Assembly (NCBI RefSeq): GCF_006345805.1
Contig: NC_043001.1
Coordinates: forward strand, 48,670,001 to 48,734,000
DNA from: Octopus sinensis
Lineage: Eukaryota
Length of the DNA stretch: 64,000 nt
Reading direction: 5' to 3'
The translations under genes were made by a program, and so were the position numbers. Below are positions 26,690-39,030 of this stretch, in pieces. The notes beneath the pieces were generated by a model that saw only the letters and a list, made by a program, of their open reading frames with translations, did not search any database and was not told the origin of the DNA. Each line of letters opens with the position of its first letter. The stretch's first letter is position 1.

Positions 26690-29476
26690 TTTAAACGTTG
26701 AAAATAATCCCCGAAGAAAAAATGTGGAAGAAAATCTCCCAAAATTCACAGTTTAGATATCACATCAAACAATGTAGGATTCTATAACTCGATTATTTAC
26801 AAAGTGAAATCACGTGTTTTCACGAATGTACTAATGAGATTTGTGCTGAAATTCATATTCAAATAACAATGGGTTTGCTTGGCTGGCTACAGCTGGATTT
26901 GTCATTTGAGCAAAAAAAAAAAAATTTTCGGCCAGCTGCGACTGGGCTGGTATCAAAAGAGTTAATCTTAACCATACAGTTACTTCCTATCTCATCCTTT
27001 ATCATCATATTATTTCCGTCTTCTAGTTATTTAACAAGATTCTTTGGTTACTCAAAGAATCATCAATTGTATGTAAATTAGAATTGGATGGTGATTCTTC
27101 CTGTTGAGGTCTACTAGCCCTCTGTCATGTTTTATAGAAAAACATATTCATTTTCCTTTTTGTTAACCTTCTTTCAAATGTTTGTTCTTGGTTGTTTATT
27201 ATCTTGCTCCTTTCTTCACTTTCTTTTCATAATCTTGACAATGTAAAGTTGCTATAGGTTGTGTACTCTGTATACTGAGAAGAGAGATACCTTATTTTCT
27301 CAGGTTGTGATTACTTAATGTCAAGGATGAGATTATTTCTTCTGCTATTCTCCAAGTTGTCCTGAGCAAGGCTCTAGAAACATCAGTTTCTGAGGTTCAC
27401 TGCTGTTCTTGCATATGTTGTTGTCTGTCCATTACCATCAGCCTCTGCCCTTCCAACTCTTCTGGGCAGAAAGCTTGCAAGAGGCTCTTAATCCCATATC
27501 TCTAGCAGCTGGGGTTCATGCTCCCACAATTTATTCCTCTGGAATGTATAACCTTTGATTGTCACCAGAACATGCATACACAGACTCCACCTAACCACTT
27601 GTGTATTGCCTATTGCCTCAATGTTCCCCATCAGTCTATATTGTACTACAAAAGTGATGATGAGCCAAGAGTCAACAACCACATCAATATCTCTGGCTGA
27701 GGCACCAGCCAGCAGGCAGGTGTAAGGTGCACCAATTCTGTCTCTCATCTCATCTTAGGTTTCAAAGACAAGCAAATATTTCTATATAATCTGCTCCTTT
27801 GGTAGCATATGAAAACTGGTTCTGTTTTTAGAAAAGAAAAAAAAAAGTAAGCAGGTACATCACACTCCTCCTTATTCTTTCTGTTATAAAATCCTTGACA
27901 CTGTCTTTTGAGACATACCTCTCTCACATTCTCTCTAGTAGCTGACTCATCTAAAACTTCATTCTGGCTTACAGCACCAGCAAGGCTGCCATTGTTGCAG
28001 TAGTTATTAATATTATTAAATCTTTTTTTAGTTTTTCATTTGTTAAAGAGTTCACAATGTTCTGTTGCTATCATTTATGTTCTTTTATTTGCTCTTTTAT
28101 TTTTTAATAAAAATCTTTGTTTTTCTTTGATGGTGTATACAAATGCTACCATATTTGCTGTTAGCATCTGTTATCATTTTTTTTTTTGTCTAGAGGAAGT
28201 TATATTAAATTATGATTAAACAAATGTTTGCAAAATATATTAAATGTCCAAAACAAACCTGATTTTTTCTACCCCCGGGTGAATAATCTTCTAAAGACCT
28301 TATTTGGCAAAATTACTCCTTCCCTCACATTTTTATTTTACCCTCAGTAAAATCTAGTAAAATAAAAATTTGCTCCAGAGATTTATTGCATGACTTCTTT
28401 CATTGTTTAATAATGATTTAATAATAATGATAATAATCCTTTCCGCCATAGGCACGAGGCCTGAAATTTGGGGAGAGTGTTAGTCAATTACATCAACCAT
28501 AGTACTTGACTAGTACTTATTTCATTAACCTCGAAAGGGAAAAAGACAGCCAACTTCAATAGAATTTGAACTTAGAACTTAATTGTGGAGAGTACCAAAA
28601 TAGTGCTAAGCATTTTGTCCAGTTTGCTGCCTTATATAATAATCTTTTCTACTAAAGGCACAAGGCCTGAAATTTTGTGGGGAGGGGGCTAGTTGATTGT
28701 ATCAACCACAATATGTAACTAGGTGCTTATTTCATCAACCCTGAAAGGATGAAAGGCAAAGTCAACCTTGGTGGAATTTGAACTCAGAACAGAAAGATGA
28801 ATGAAATGCTATATAATTATAGTTTACTATATAATAATAGAATGCTATATAATATAATAATATATAATAATAGTTTACTATATAATAATAGAATGGAGAA
28901 GGAATATTTTTTGAAGAATGCTTGCTATGTGTGTGAATTACTGCAATTTTGTTTTAATCAATGAGATATGAGTTCTTTCAGAAATATGATCTGACTGAGC
29001 ATTCTGACCATATTTATTCAAAAGAGTTATAGAGCTGTTATTGTTATTGTCATTATTTTTGCCACCCCTGCCACAAACAATATATTCTTTTGCCGTTGCT
29101 GTTATATAGTTTTGTTGTTGTTGCTCTTATTTTTGCAGTTATTGTTGCTCAGTCAGTACAGATCTGGGATTAGACTTATGGTCAAAGGCATTTCAACTGT
29201 GACCATCCTGTCTTTTTAACAGTTCGTAGGACTACAATACTGAATATGTTCTGTCCTTTTATAAGACAGGGGAGTGTAATTTTAGAGAGATTTGGCTGCT
29301 ATTATTAGCTAGTCAAGAAACTGTTGTTTTACACTGTTGAGCTCTAATTGTGGAGGGTACTTGTGGAGGGGGTACACCCAGGAAGATGTGGGACAATGCA
29401 GTGAGAAAGGATCTTAGGATGCTGGGCCTCACTGAGGAAATGACAAGGGACTGGGAGATGTGGCAATTTTCTGTAC

Positions 29477-29686
29477 TTACTCTTTTACTTGTTTCAGTCA
29501 TTTGACTGTGGCCTTGCTGGAGCACCGCCTTTAGTCGAGCAAATCGACCCCAGGACTTATTCTTTGTAAGCCTAGCACTTATTCTATCAGTCTCTTTTGC
29601 CCAACCGCTAAGTTACGGGGACGTAAACACACCAGCATTGGTTGTCAAGCGATGTTGGGGGGACAAACACAGACACACAAATATAT

Positions 29687-29751
<65 letters not shown>

Positions 29752-29917
29752 TACGACGGCCTTCTTTCAGTTTCCATCTACTAAATCCACTCACAAGGCT
29801 TTGGTCGGCCTGAGGCTATAGTACAAGACACTTGCCCAAAGTGCCACACAGTGGGAATGAACCCAGAACCATGTGGTTGGTAAGCAAGCTACTTACCACA
29901 AAGCCACTCCTGTGCCT
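29477..29917 (-). mobile_element. SINE family C (tRNA head, CORE-like central region, internal microsatellite)
   Basis: Minus strand: head with ggttc..ggttcattccc, then gtggcactttgggcaagtgtcttgtactatagcc (CORE-like), internal (TA)n, tail agtaaaagagta; further copies at about 32060-32420, 52046-52417, 56820-57165 (-) and 39721-40096 (+). Confidence 0.85.
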
Positions 29918-30360
29918 AAGCTAGGTAAAAAATAGCTGTCTCCCATACATACAGGCTTGTCCTTTTGGGGGCCAGTGCCACTTAAAAAACACTTGTGCCT
30001 GTGCTGCATTAATGCGCCTGTGCCAGTAACACATAGAAAACACCCAGCACACTCTGTTAAGTGGTTGGCATTAGGAAGGACATCCAGCTGTAGAAACGTG
30101 TCACAACAGACAGTTGGACTTTGGACAGCTCCCTCCTAGCCAGCTCCATATCAAATCATCCAACCCATACCATCATGGAAAGCAGATGTTAAATGATGAT
30201 GATGATGTAACTAACATTACTGATGTTATTGCTCTGGTCACTGTTGTTGTCATCACTGTTACTACTTTTTTGTTACAGTTGGTAAATCTTTGATCCGGCA
30301 AGCCTAAGGCATTCTATCCATGATATATACATACATTTTAGGGATGTATAAATCTATATA

Positions 30361-30670
30361 GTGGAGGCGCAATGGCCCAGTGGTTAGGGCAGCTGACTCG
30401 CGGTCGGAGGATCGTGGTTTTGATTCCCAGATCGGGCGTTGTGTGTGTTTATTGAGCGAAAACACCTAAAGATCCACGAGGCTCCAGCAGGGGGTAGTGG
30501 TGACCCCTGTTGTACTCTTTCGCCCCCAACTTTCTCTCACTCTTTCTTCCGGTTTCTTGAGTAATGCTGTAAGAGACTGGCATCCCAACCAGCTGGAGGG
30601 AACACATATGCCACAGAACCCGGGAAACCGGGCCCCTGAGCCTAGCTAGGCTTGAAAAGGGTGCATAAAT
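30361..30670 (+). mobile_element. tRNA-derived SINE family A variant
   Basis: gtggaggcgcaatggcccagtggttagggcagc A box, ggttttgattccc B box; related copies at 46654-46950 (-) and 52936-53125 (+). Confidence 0.85.
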
Positions 30671-31087
30671 AAAAAAAAAATATCTATATTATCTAATGTG
30701 TCCTTTGTTGTTCTTTCTTTTTTCCTATGATAGTTGAGTGTAATCTGAGGGAAATTTGACTGCTATTTTTCAAAGGTCAAGCAACAGTGTAGCAGTTTCC
30801 TCATTTGCTAAACTTAATACTATTGCCATTATTATTGTTGTTTAGCTCTTGGTCAATGCTGATAAAATAGTCCAGCCATGACTGTCCCATTGACTATCCT
30901 AGGTACATTGTTCTCATGACTGACATTTGAAGATTTGGTTGCTATTTCTAGCAAGTTGAGTGATATTTTAGAGGCTATCTTGTTTTTGCTGTCCGTACTC
31001 TTTTACTGGTCTCACTCATTAGACTGTGACCATTGAGAGGCATTACCTTGAAGATTATTTTTGTCAATCATATCAGCTTTAATACTT

Positions 31088-31235
31088 TCATCATCATCAT
31101 CATCGTTTAGCATCCATTTTCCGCGCTAGCACGGGTTGGACGGTTCGACTGGGGTCTGGGAAGCCAGGGGCTGCACCAGGCTCTAGTCTGATTTGGCAGT
31201 GTTTCTATAGCTGGATGCCCTTCCTAACGCTAACC
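31088..31235 (-). mobile_element. RTE-LINE 3' tail (about 150 bp) fused to a pre-tRNA
   Basis: Nearly identical to 53808-53970 including the (CAT)n tail. Confidence 0.85.
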
Positions 31236-31246
31236 TAAAATGTCAG

Positions 31247-31355
31247 TGCCCCGGGTGAGGTACGAACTCACAACCTCCGCATTCCTCATCCATGACTTGC
31301 ACGGCGAAGGTACTGTCTATAAGTACGGCGCGCTAACCGATTGTGCCACGTGAAA
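31247..31355 (-). tRNA. Intron-containing tRNA-Ile(UAU) pseudogene
   Basis: TGGCACAATCGGTTAGCGCGCCGTACT-TAT-A, a 35-nt intron after position 37, then ATGCGGAGGTTGTGAGTTCGTACCTCACCCGGGGCA; anticodon and T arms pair, acceptor stem broken, A58 mutated; TTTT 6 nt downstream. Confidence 0.8.
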
Positions 31356-31451
31356 AACACTTCATTTCACGTTGCTATTATTTAAAAGTTTAGCACTTAA
31401 TTTAACAGTTTCTACTTATCATACCACTAAGTTACAAGACATAAACACAAA

Positions 31452-31487
<36 letters not shown>

Positions 31488-32476
31488 TGCCTGTATACAT
31501 GACTAAACTGAAAGCATGATGGACAGGGTGAGTGAAGCTCTTAACTGTGTCAGTGCTGCATGTGTGGTGTGGCTGTTTGTTTGGTTAAGAACTCAGCTGT
31601 GTGGTTCAGAACTTCATCCCCCATCCATGTGGCTATAAGTTCAGTCCTACTGTGTGGCACCTTGGGTTAAATGTCCTTTACTATAGCTTTGGGCCAACCA
31701 AGGCCTTGTGAGTAGATTTGGTAGACAGCCATAGAAAATCTGCTTTAATGGATTTTGCCTGACCCATGCCGACATGGAAAAGTGGAAGTTAAATTGGTGA
31801 TGATGATGAAGAAGAGAAGGATCACACACACATACATGCATATATGAACCTAAAGAAAAGTACAATGTAATAACAATTAATAAAAGAATGGCAAAGATTA
31901 CACAATCATATTAATTAGCTTACAATTGTTTTGGTTATAAGGAATTTGCACACCTAGAGATGAATGCCAGTTTGACATCTTTTAGCTTCATCATTGTTTC
32001 TTGATTGAAAAAAAAACATTTAAATATATTGTTACACATATAGATACTCACATAGGCACATTTATTTCTTTTACTGCAGCCATGCTGGGCACCGCCTTGA
32101 AGAGTTTTAGTCAAACAAATTGACCCAGGGACGTTTTTGTAAAAGCCTGGTACTTATTCTGTCAGACTCTCTTGATGAACTGCTAGGTTCATAAACACAC
32201 TGACACTGATCGTCAACAGGTGGTGGGGAGACAAACAAAGACACACACACACATAGATATTTATATATATGTATACAATGGGCTTCTTTCAGTTTCCAAA
32301 TCCACTAACAAGGCTTTGCTCAGCCCAAGGCTGTAGTAGAAGACACTTGCCCAAGGTGCCATACAGTGAGACTGAACCTAAGACCATGTGATTGAGAAGT
32401 AAGCTTCTTACCACACCTACATATTTACATCTTTTCACAGTTATGCACATGCACAAATACATGAATATTAGCAAAG

Positions 32477-32517
<41 letters not shown>

Positions 32518-33307
32518 TACACACACAGAAAGAGATCCACATTCTCTTGGAGACATAAAAGGATATACATTTTAATAGATACACTCACAGCAATGTGTGA
32601 GACAGATGTCTGCTCCTACATTTACAAGCTGTCAAATTCTGCTCAGATCATGTAAACCTTAAGCTATTTACTTTATTAAAAAAAATAAAGGAATAATTTA
32701 AATACAGATGGCTAAGCACATCACAGTTAATGCACACATTGGCAGCATATTCCATTGTGTTTACAGATCAATGTCTATATATGAAGCTGAAGATGTCAAT
32801 GAAATCACAATACATTACTGCTGAAACTTAACAATACTGTTCCTTAATTAACAACTGGTTACTGATCCTGCTTTGGCTAAGTAGAATTATAACATACAGA
32901 CGCACACACAGTTTTCCACATAATGACGCTATATCTACCAACATCACTCACAAACACTTGCCCAAAATGTCAGGCAGTGGGACTGAACCAGAGACCATCT
33001 GGCAGCTAGGCAAAATTACATTACTACGCGGTCATGCCTACTTTTTATTGCTCCATATTATTACTGTTGTTAAGGACAGAAGTTGTGATGGTAGCTAGGG
33101 GTTCAATTTTTTGTTTTCTTTTCATTTGTTTCGTGCTAGGTCGCGGTCTCAAAGTGGCAAAAATATTTTGGCAAATTAAATTTAAATGTTGAAGTGGATC
33201 TAGCGTTTTTTGTGTGTTTCTTAAATGGCTTATAAACACTTTCCATGCTGCAATTGTTTTTGTTCCAGCACACAATCTCAGATCAGGTCACTTGCTATGC
33301 AAGTACT

Positions 33308-33812
33308 GTGGAGGCGCGTGGATTAGTGGTTAGGGTGCTAGCATCACAATCGTAAGATTGTGGTTTTGATTCCTAGACCGTGCAACGTGCTGTGTTCTTG
33401 AGCAAAACACTTCATTTCACGTTGCTCCAGTCCCCTCAGCTGGCAAAAGTGAGTAATCCTGCGATGGACCAGCATTCCGTCCAGGTGGGGAATTTGTACA
33501 CCACTGAAACCGGGAAACCAGCCCTTATGAGCCTGGCATGGCTCAAGAAGGAACATTTGTTTTTGTGGAGGCGCATGGCTTGGTGGTTAGGGTGTTGAAT
33601 TCATGATCGTAACATTGTGGTTTCGATTCCTGGACCAAGCAATGCATTGTGTTCTTGAGCAAAACACTTCATTTTCATGTTGCTCCAGTCCACTCAGCTG
33701 GCAAAAATGAGTAATCCTGCGACAGACCGGCGTCTCGTCCAGGTGGGGAATTTCTACACCGCTGAAACCGGGGAACCGGCCCTTATGACCATAGCATGGC
33801 TCGAGAAAGAAC
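33308..33812 (+). mobile_element. Two head-to-tail SINE family A copies (33308-33555, 33565-33812)
   Basis: Each starts gtggaggcgc(g/a)tgg..tagtggttaggg and ends ggctc(a/g)agaa(g/a)gaac; other copies at 42885-43105 and 60051-60275. Confidence 0.9.
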
Positions 33813-34484
33813 ATATATATATTTTTTTATGCAAGTACATCTCTGTAATTTTCATTTGTTTTTGTTATTAGGAAGAGAGAATATCAGTATAAGACCCCTG
33901 ACCACTCTACTAGGATCAGAAGCCATATTTGTGGGCTGGGTGGAGGAAATGGAGATGGGGGAAGTAACATAGGTTCCATGTGATTGAAAATGTGCGTTAA
34001 CATTAAGTGATATACATGTCACTACATATATAGCACTTAACATGAACACTGAAAAGTGTGGGTACATTGCTAAGGATTGCTCTCACTAGAGACTGGGATT
34101 AGACAAGTTTAAAATGACAAGAGGAGAAGATGGGGTTTGCTGATAAAGAAAGGCAAATTTGATGGGAGAACAGCACCAAAACAACTCAGTAGCATAGCTA
34201 AGAGAGTAGGATAGGCAGTCCACTCTAGAAAACACTTTTATGAGCATGGCACTTTTGGATTTATGTTTTAAGCCTGTATAGGTTGTATTGAAATAAAAGT
34301 GTTTCTAATGTTGATAACAGGTATTGGCAATCTCAAGAGCTGTCTGGGTACTGTGTTAGATTCACTATTAAGCAAAATAAGCATGTGCTTCGGCATCAAG
34401 GGAAGCAGAGGGGTACCTCAGAAATGGTAAATGATTTACAGCACAAAAGAAATCACTTTAAACTTGCTAAAATAATATTTGAAG

Positions 34485-34760
34485 TCATCATCATCGTTTA
34501 ACGTCCGTTTTCCGTGCTAGCACAGGTTGGACGGTTTGACTGGGGTCTGGGAAGCCAGGGGCTGCACCAGGCTCCAGTCTGATCTGGCAGTGTTTCTATA
34601 GCTGGATGCCCTTCCTAACGCCAACCACTCCGCGAGTGTAGTGGGTGCTTTTTACGTGCCACTGGCACAGGTGCCAGGGGAGTCTGGCAATGGCCATGAT
34701 CGGTTGGTGCTTTTAACGTGCCGCCAGCACGGAAGCCAGTCAAGGCGTCGCTGGCATTGG
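34485..34760 (-). mobile_element. RTE-LINE 3' tail fragment (young-looking)
   Basis: High similarity to 53808-54070; TTTGAAGT on both flanks suggests an imperfect TSD. Confidence 0.85.
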
Positions 34761-34933
34761 AAATATAATTTTGAAGTGTTCATAGTGTCCTAGTGAGGAT
34801 TTTATCAAAGATTTTACAATAAAAAAAATGTAGGAGAAAACTTTTCAAATATAAAGTGGAAGTATACAAGAATAAACTTTATTTTTCTTCTTACTGTTAG
34901 TTTTGTTTCAGTTCAAAAAACAATTTATTTTAT

Positions 34934-35224
34934 GTAAAGTATACTAGCCATCTCAATATGGCTAACCACTAAGGCTGGGTGTTACTGTAGCTTTTAGCCC
35001 CAGGAGATCATCGTCTCCAGCTGGTTTTAGGCACACTTTCTGTGCTCTTATGGTATTTGCAAAGGGAGGTCTTACGAGAGAGGGATGACCTCCCTTTGCA
35101 AATACCATAAGGGCACAGAAAGTGTGCCTAAAGCCAGCTGGAGACGATGATCTCCTGGGGCTAAAAGCTACAGTAACACCCACTCTTAGTGGTTAGCCAT
35201 ATTGAGATGGCTAGTATACTTTAC
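34934..35224. repeat. 291-bp near-perfect palindrome (138-bp arms, 15-nt loop)
   Basis: Arms 34934-35071 and 35087-35224, 4 mismatches by manual alignment. Confidence 0.95.
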
Positions 35225-36678
35225 GTTGTTGAGCAGTTAGTTTACATCTCGTTCAGAGATTTATTATTAATTTATTTTATGTTTTATTATTATTTATATT
35301 TTGATTTACATATATACGGAGGTACCAAAATCTTGTAAGTACTTAGGGCCTCTATGGGTTTTAATCCAGCCCTGCCTGGGTAGCATATACTCTAGCTACA
35401 TCACTGACAAGACTAGCAGACAGTGCCTACATGTGCATGACTGTCATTCATATGTGAGTTTCTATAATCAGAGTAAATGCTGTTCTGCCAACATGACAAA
35501 ACCGTGACTTTGCAGTTGCGGATCCAAGGTCTTGCAAGATTAACTGATACTGCTTCATTAACTGATGATATACAGTAACCTATTGGCTCAACAGTGGCCT
35601 ATTTAACTGACTGTGTGAAGGCACATTGCTCAGTGGTTTGAGCATTGGGCTCACAATCATGAGGTAGTGAGTTTGATTCCCAGACCAGGCTGTACGTTGT
35701 GTTCTTGAGCAAGACACTTTATTTCACATTACTCCAGTTTGCTCAGCTGTAATGAGTTGCGACATCACTGGTGTCATGCTGTATCAGCCTTTGCTTTTTG
35801 CCTTGGATAATATCGGTGGTGTAGAGAGGGGAGGCTGGTATGCATGTGTGACTGCTAGTCTTTTACAAACAACCTTGCCCAGACTTGTGCCTCAGAGGGT
35901 AACTAGGTGTAGTCCCATGGTCATTCATGACCGAAGGGAGTCTTTACCCTTTTACATTATTTGACTGACTGGATAAAATGATTTCTTCAATGCTATACTA
36001 CAACTATGGTCTTGGCAAAAGATTATTAGTCTACACTGTCAGGAGGGAAGTAAAAATTACATATTCTTTATCATAATTTCAAGATTTCCAGCTGTGTTGT
36101 AATGTATTTTGATTTGAAGCTCTTTTTTAACATCAAAAACGCTATGAAAATAGCATCTAGGTTGCCTTCGATATAATTAACTTTTGGCATTAATGGACAA
36201 ACCTTCCTTCATATTTGTCCATTAAGGGTTTATTGTATTTTAATTTTGAGGAGGTGATAGTATTTAGTGGTGGATCAGTGATGGGAAAAAATAACCTTGT
36301 ATTTTCATAGTGTACGTATATTATACTATGACTTACTTAACCATTTGCTCCTTGCAAATCATAGGCCATTGACAACTTTTCTCCATAGTCCTTCATTCTA
36401 TGCTGTCTTTTCTGCTTCTTTCCATTAAATTTTGCTGCACCAGGTCATATGTTTCCCTGAACAAAGTCATTCCTTCAGGGAACCATCCCAGGTTCTGTTA
36501 GTTTTGAATTGTCATAGATGTTTGTGTAACTTAGCTTTTTTTTATCTTGATAGGTTGTTGGTCCTATGCAAACCCATTTTATCTCTGGGAAGAGGTTCTG
36601 GCCTCTATCCTTTGACCTGTTCAACATGAGAAGTTATATCAGGAGCTATCACTATGCTGGCAGGCTATCAGTCATTAA

Positions 36679-37696
36679 CCCTTTCGTTACTATATTTCTG
36701 ACCAAAATACACCCCTTATGTGTTTCAATTAATTTCTAACATAATCATAAATTTAGTCTGGTTTCATTAAACAACTATAACTTTTTTATTTATCAATATA
36801 TTAATGTGATTTTTGGAAGATAATTTAATGAAATGTTCTCAACCAATTCTATACTATAATTTTTGTCACAAAGTGACTCTAATTGCAGGTAGATACAGGT
36901 AAATTCAACAAAATATAAAATTATTAAAATTTTGTTCAAACATCGCTATAGAAAATGGGTTATTCAATTGGGTATACAACAAAATTTTACGATAGAATTT
37001 GTTATTCTGGGTAACTTTCTGATACCCATAATAATATTTATGGCAAAATAGTCTTAATTTCATTTAAGGTTATGGGAAACCACTAACTATCCTTTCTTTT
37101 GTTTTGTTTACATTTAGCGTAACGGTTCGTTTCCGCCGTAATGATTTCAAATAGGCTCATTCGAAAAAGTAAAAAGAAATAGTCTAAGGCTTTACTCTTC
37201 TGGGAAAGTCTGTGGCTTGGTCCAGTTTCTTCAGAAAAATCACCGAAAGAAACAGTTTTTAAATTTTCACTCCATTCAGGTGCCAATTCATTTTCTTTAT
37301 CGCTGTCGGAGCTCTCGGATTCACTGTTTTCACTTTCGGAAAATGAAACATCAGATTCATTATCAAATACCACATGCTTTTTTATTTCAGTCATAGAGTT
37401 AGATTTATGAAGGTCTTCAGTAGAAAATCCTTCGAATTCTGACTCGCTGCTTGATATAATGAAATTCGTATCCATTTTTTGTCAGAATTACAAATTTTGA
37501 AAACACAATAGGAACAAATTTTGGAAAAAAATCTCCCAAAATTCACGGAATTAAAATTACACTTCGATTGTTGTACAAAATTGTAGTTGAACTCTTTACG
37601 AAGTATAATACGTATTTTCACGAATGTACTAAAGAGATTTGGGCGGTTTGGTCACATTAACCAAAATTTTTTTCGGACGGTTTGGTAACGAAAGGG
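36679..37696 (-). mobile_element. Internally deleted piggyBac derivative (1018 bp)
   Basis: Perfect TIR CCCTTTCGTTAC / GTAACGAAAGGG with TTAA TSDs; open 130-aa transposase N-terminus (37083-37475, DYFFLLF..ETNRYA). Confidence 0.95.
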
Positions 37697-38679
37697 TTAA
37701 GGCACTCAGTTAACCACACCACAACAAAGACTGGACCGTTTGGATTATAGCATGAAGTTGAATCGTATTTGCTTAGATGATTGTTGTTCTTGCTATTGTT
37801 GTTGACAGAATCATTAGTAGATTGGACAAAAGACTTTGTTCCAGCTCTTTTTATATCCTGAGTTCAAATCTCTCCTATGTTAATTTTGCCTTTCATTCTT
37901 CAGGGACCAACAAAATGATTTATCGTGCCAGTATTTGATTGCTCCTTGCTTAAATTTTCTGACTTAGTGTCTGTGTGGGAAATGATTATTTTTATTGCTT
38001 TTCGTAAAAATCTTTTATGTTGAAGATGTTTTTGTACATACCATTTTTGCATCCCTTTTCACCTCCTACCACAGAATGGTCTCAAACCATCAAAGAAGCC
38101 TTTTTTGTGATTGCTAAAAATAGCAACTAAAATCATCTTTCATCTTTAAAAAAATTTACAAAGGATGAATTAGATAATGAAGTTCTAGATATTCCTCCAA
38201 TGATGGGATGGTCATGGGTGGTAGCGGAAATATCTTTGATGATATGTCTCCTCAGTTTCAGCTGACTCAGGGCTAAACAACAGCATTCAAACAATAACTG
38301 TTGGAAGTTGGGATCAGGGAGTGGGTGGGTGTTTTGCGTTATAGGGACTAGAAAACTTCTTCAGATTTCCTAAGGAAGTGTGTTTTGATAGTATCTAATG
38401 TTGTGTTGTAATAATATTGTATATGTGTGGTGTGTGTGTGAGAGAGAGAGGAGAGAGCAGTGGATATTGAAAGAGATTTGGAGATAAGCAATTGTATAGA
38501 ATTCCTCTCTTAATCGTGTTTTTCTTTTTGGTAGTGATGGGGAAGAATAGCTTTTAAGATTTCATAACTTATAGAGAAGAAAACCAGATAAATAATGTTA
38601 AGCAAATATTCCACTGAGCTACAGATTTAGAGACTGAAATAATAACATGGTCTTAACATTTTAAAATTCCTCATTTGAA

Positions 38680-39030
38680 TCAATCTATCCATTCTTCCAT
38701 CCATCTTTCCATCTATCATTCTATTTTCCTTCCCATCTATCCACCCAACCATTCAATCATTCCATTTATTTTTCAATTTTCTAATTATCATTCCTATTCA
38801 GTTCTCATTCTATCCATCTATTGTTCATCCATCTATCATTACACCCATCCATCCATCATTCCATTCCATCCACCTAAGATTAAATAACATCCAATCATTC
38901 TTTTTCAACTCTCATTCTATCCTGTCTATCATTCTGTCTATCCAGTGAGTCTCCCATTTGTTATTCCATCCATACCTTTATTTATCCATCTGTTTGTCAT
39001 TCCATCCATCCATTCTTGCATTCATTTAAT
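38680..39030. repeat. Degenerate (TCCA)n tract
   Basis: Recurrent ccatccatc/tcatt units. Confidence 0.75.

Larger units (their letters stand above)
24229..26961 (-). mobile_element. Near full-length piggyBac DNA transposon (decayed)
   Basis: TTAA|CCCTTTCATTAC left end, degenerate GTATCAAAAGAG|TTAA right end; internal transposase remnants. Confidence 0.9.

Noticed and set aside
30361-30440. tRNA-like heads of SINEs (also 23449, 33308, 33565, 42885, 52936) as tRNA genes
   Set aside because: No complete cloverleaf, and each continues into a repeated SINE body
32787-32804. CTGAAGA..GAAA string
   Set aside because: No stem II or stem I complementarity; expected by chance
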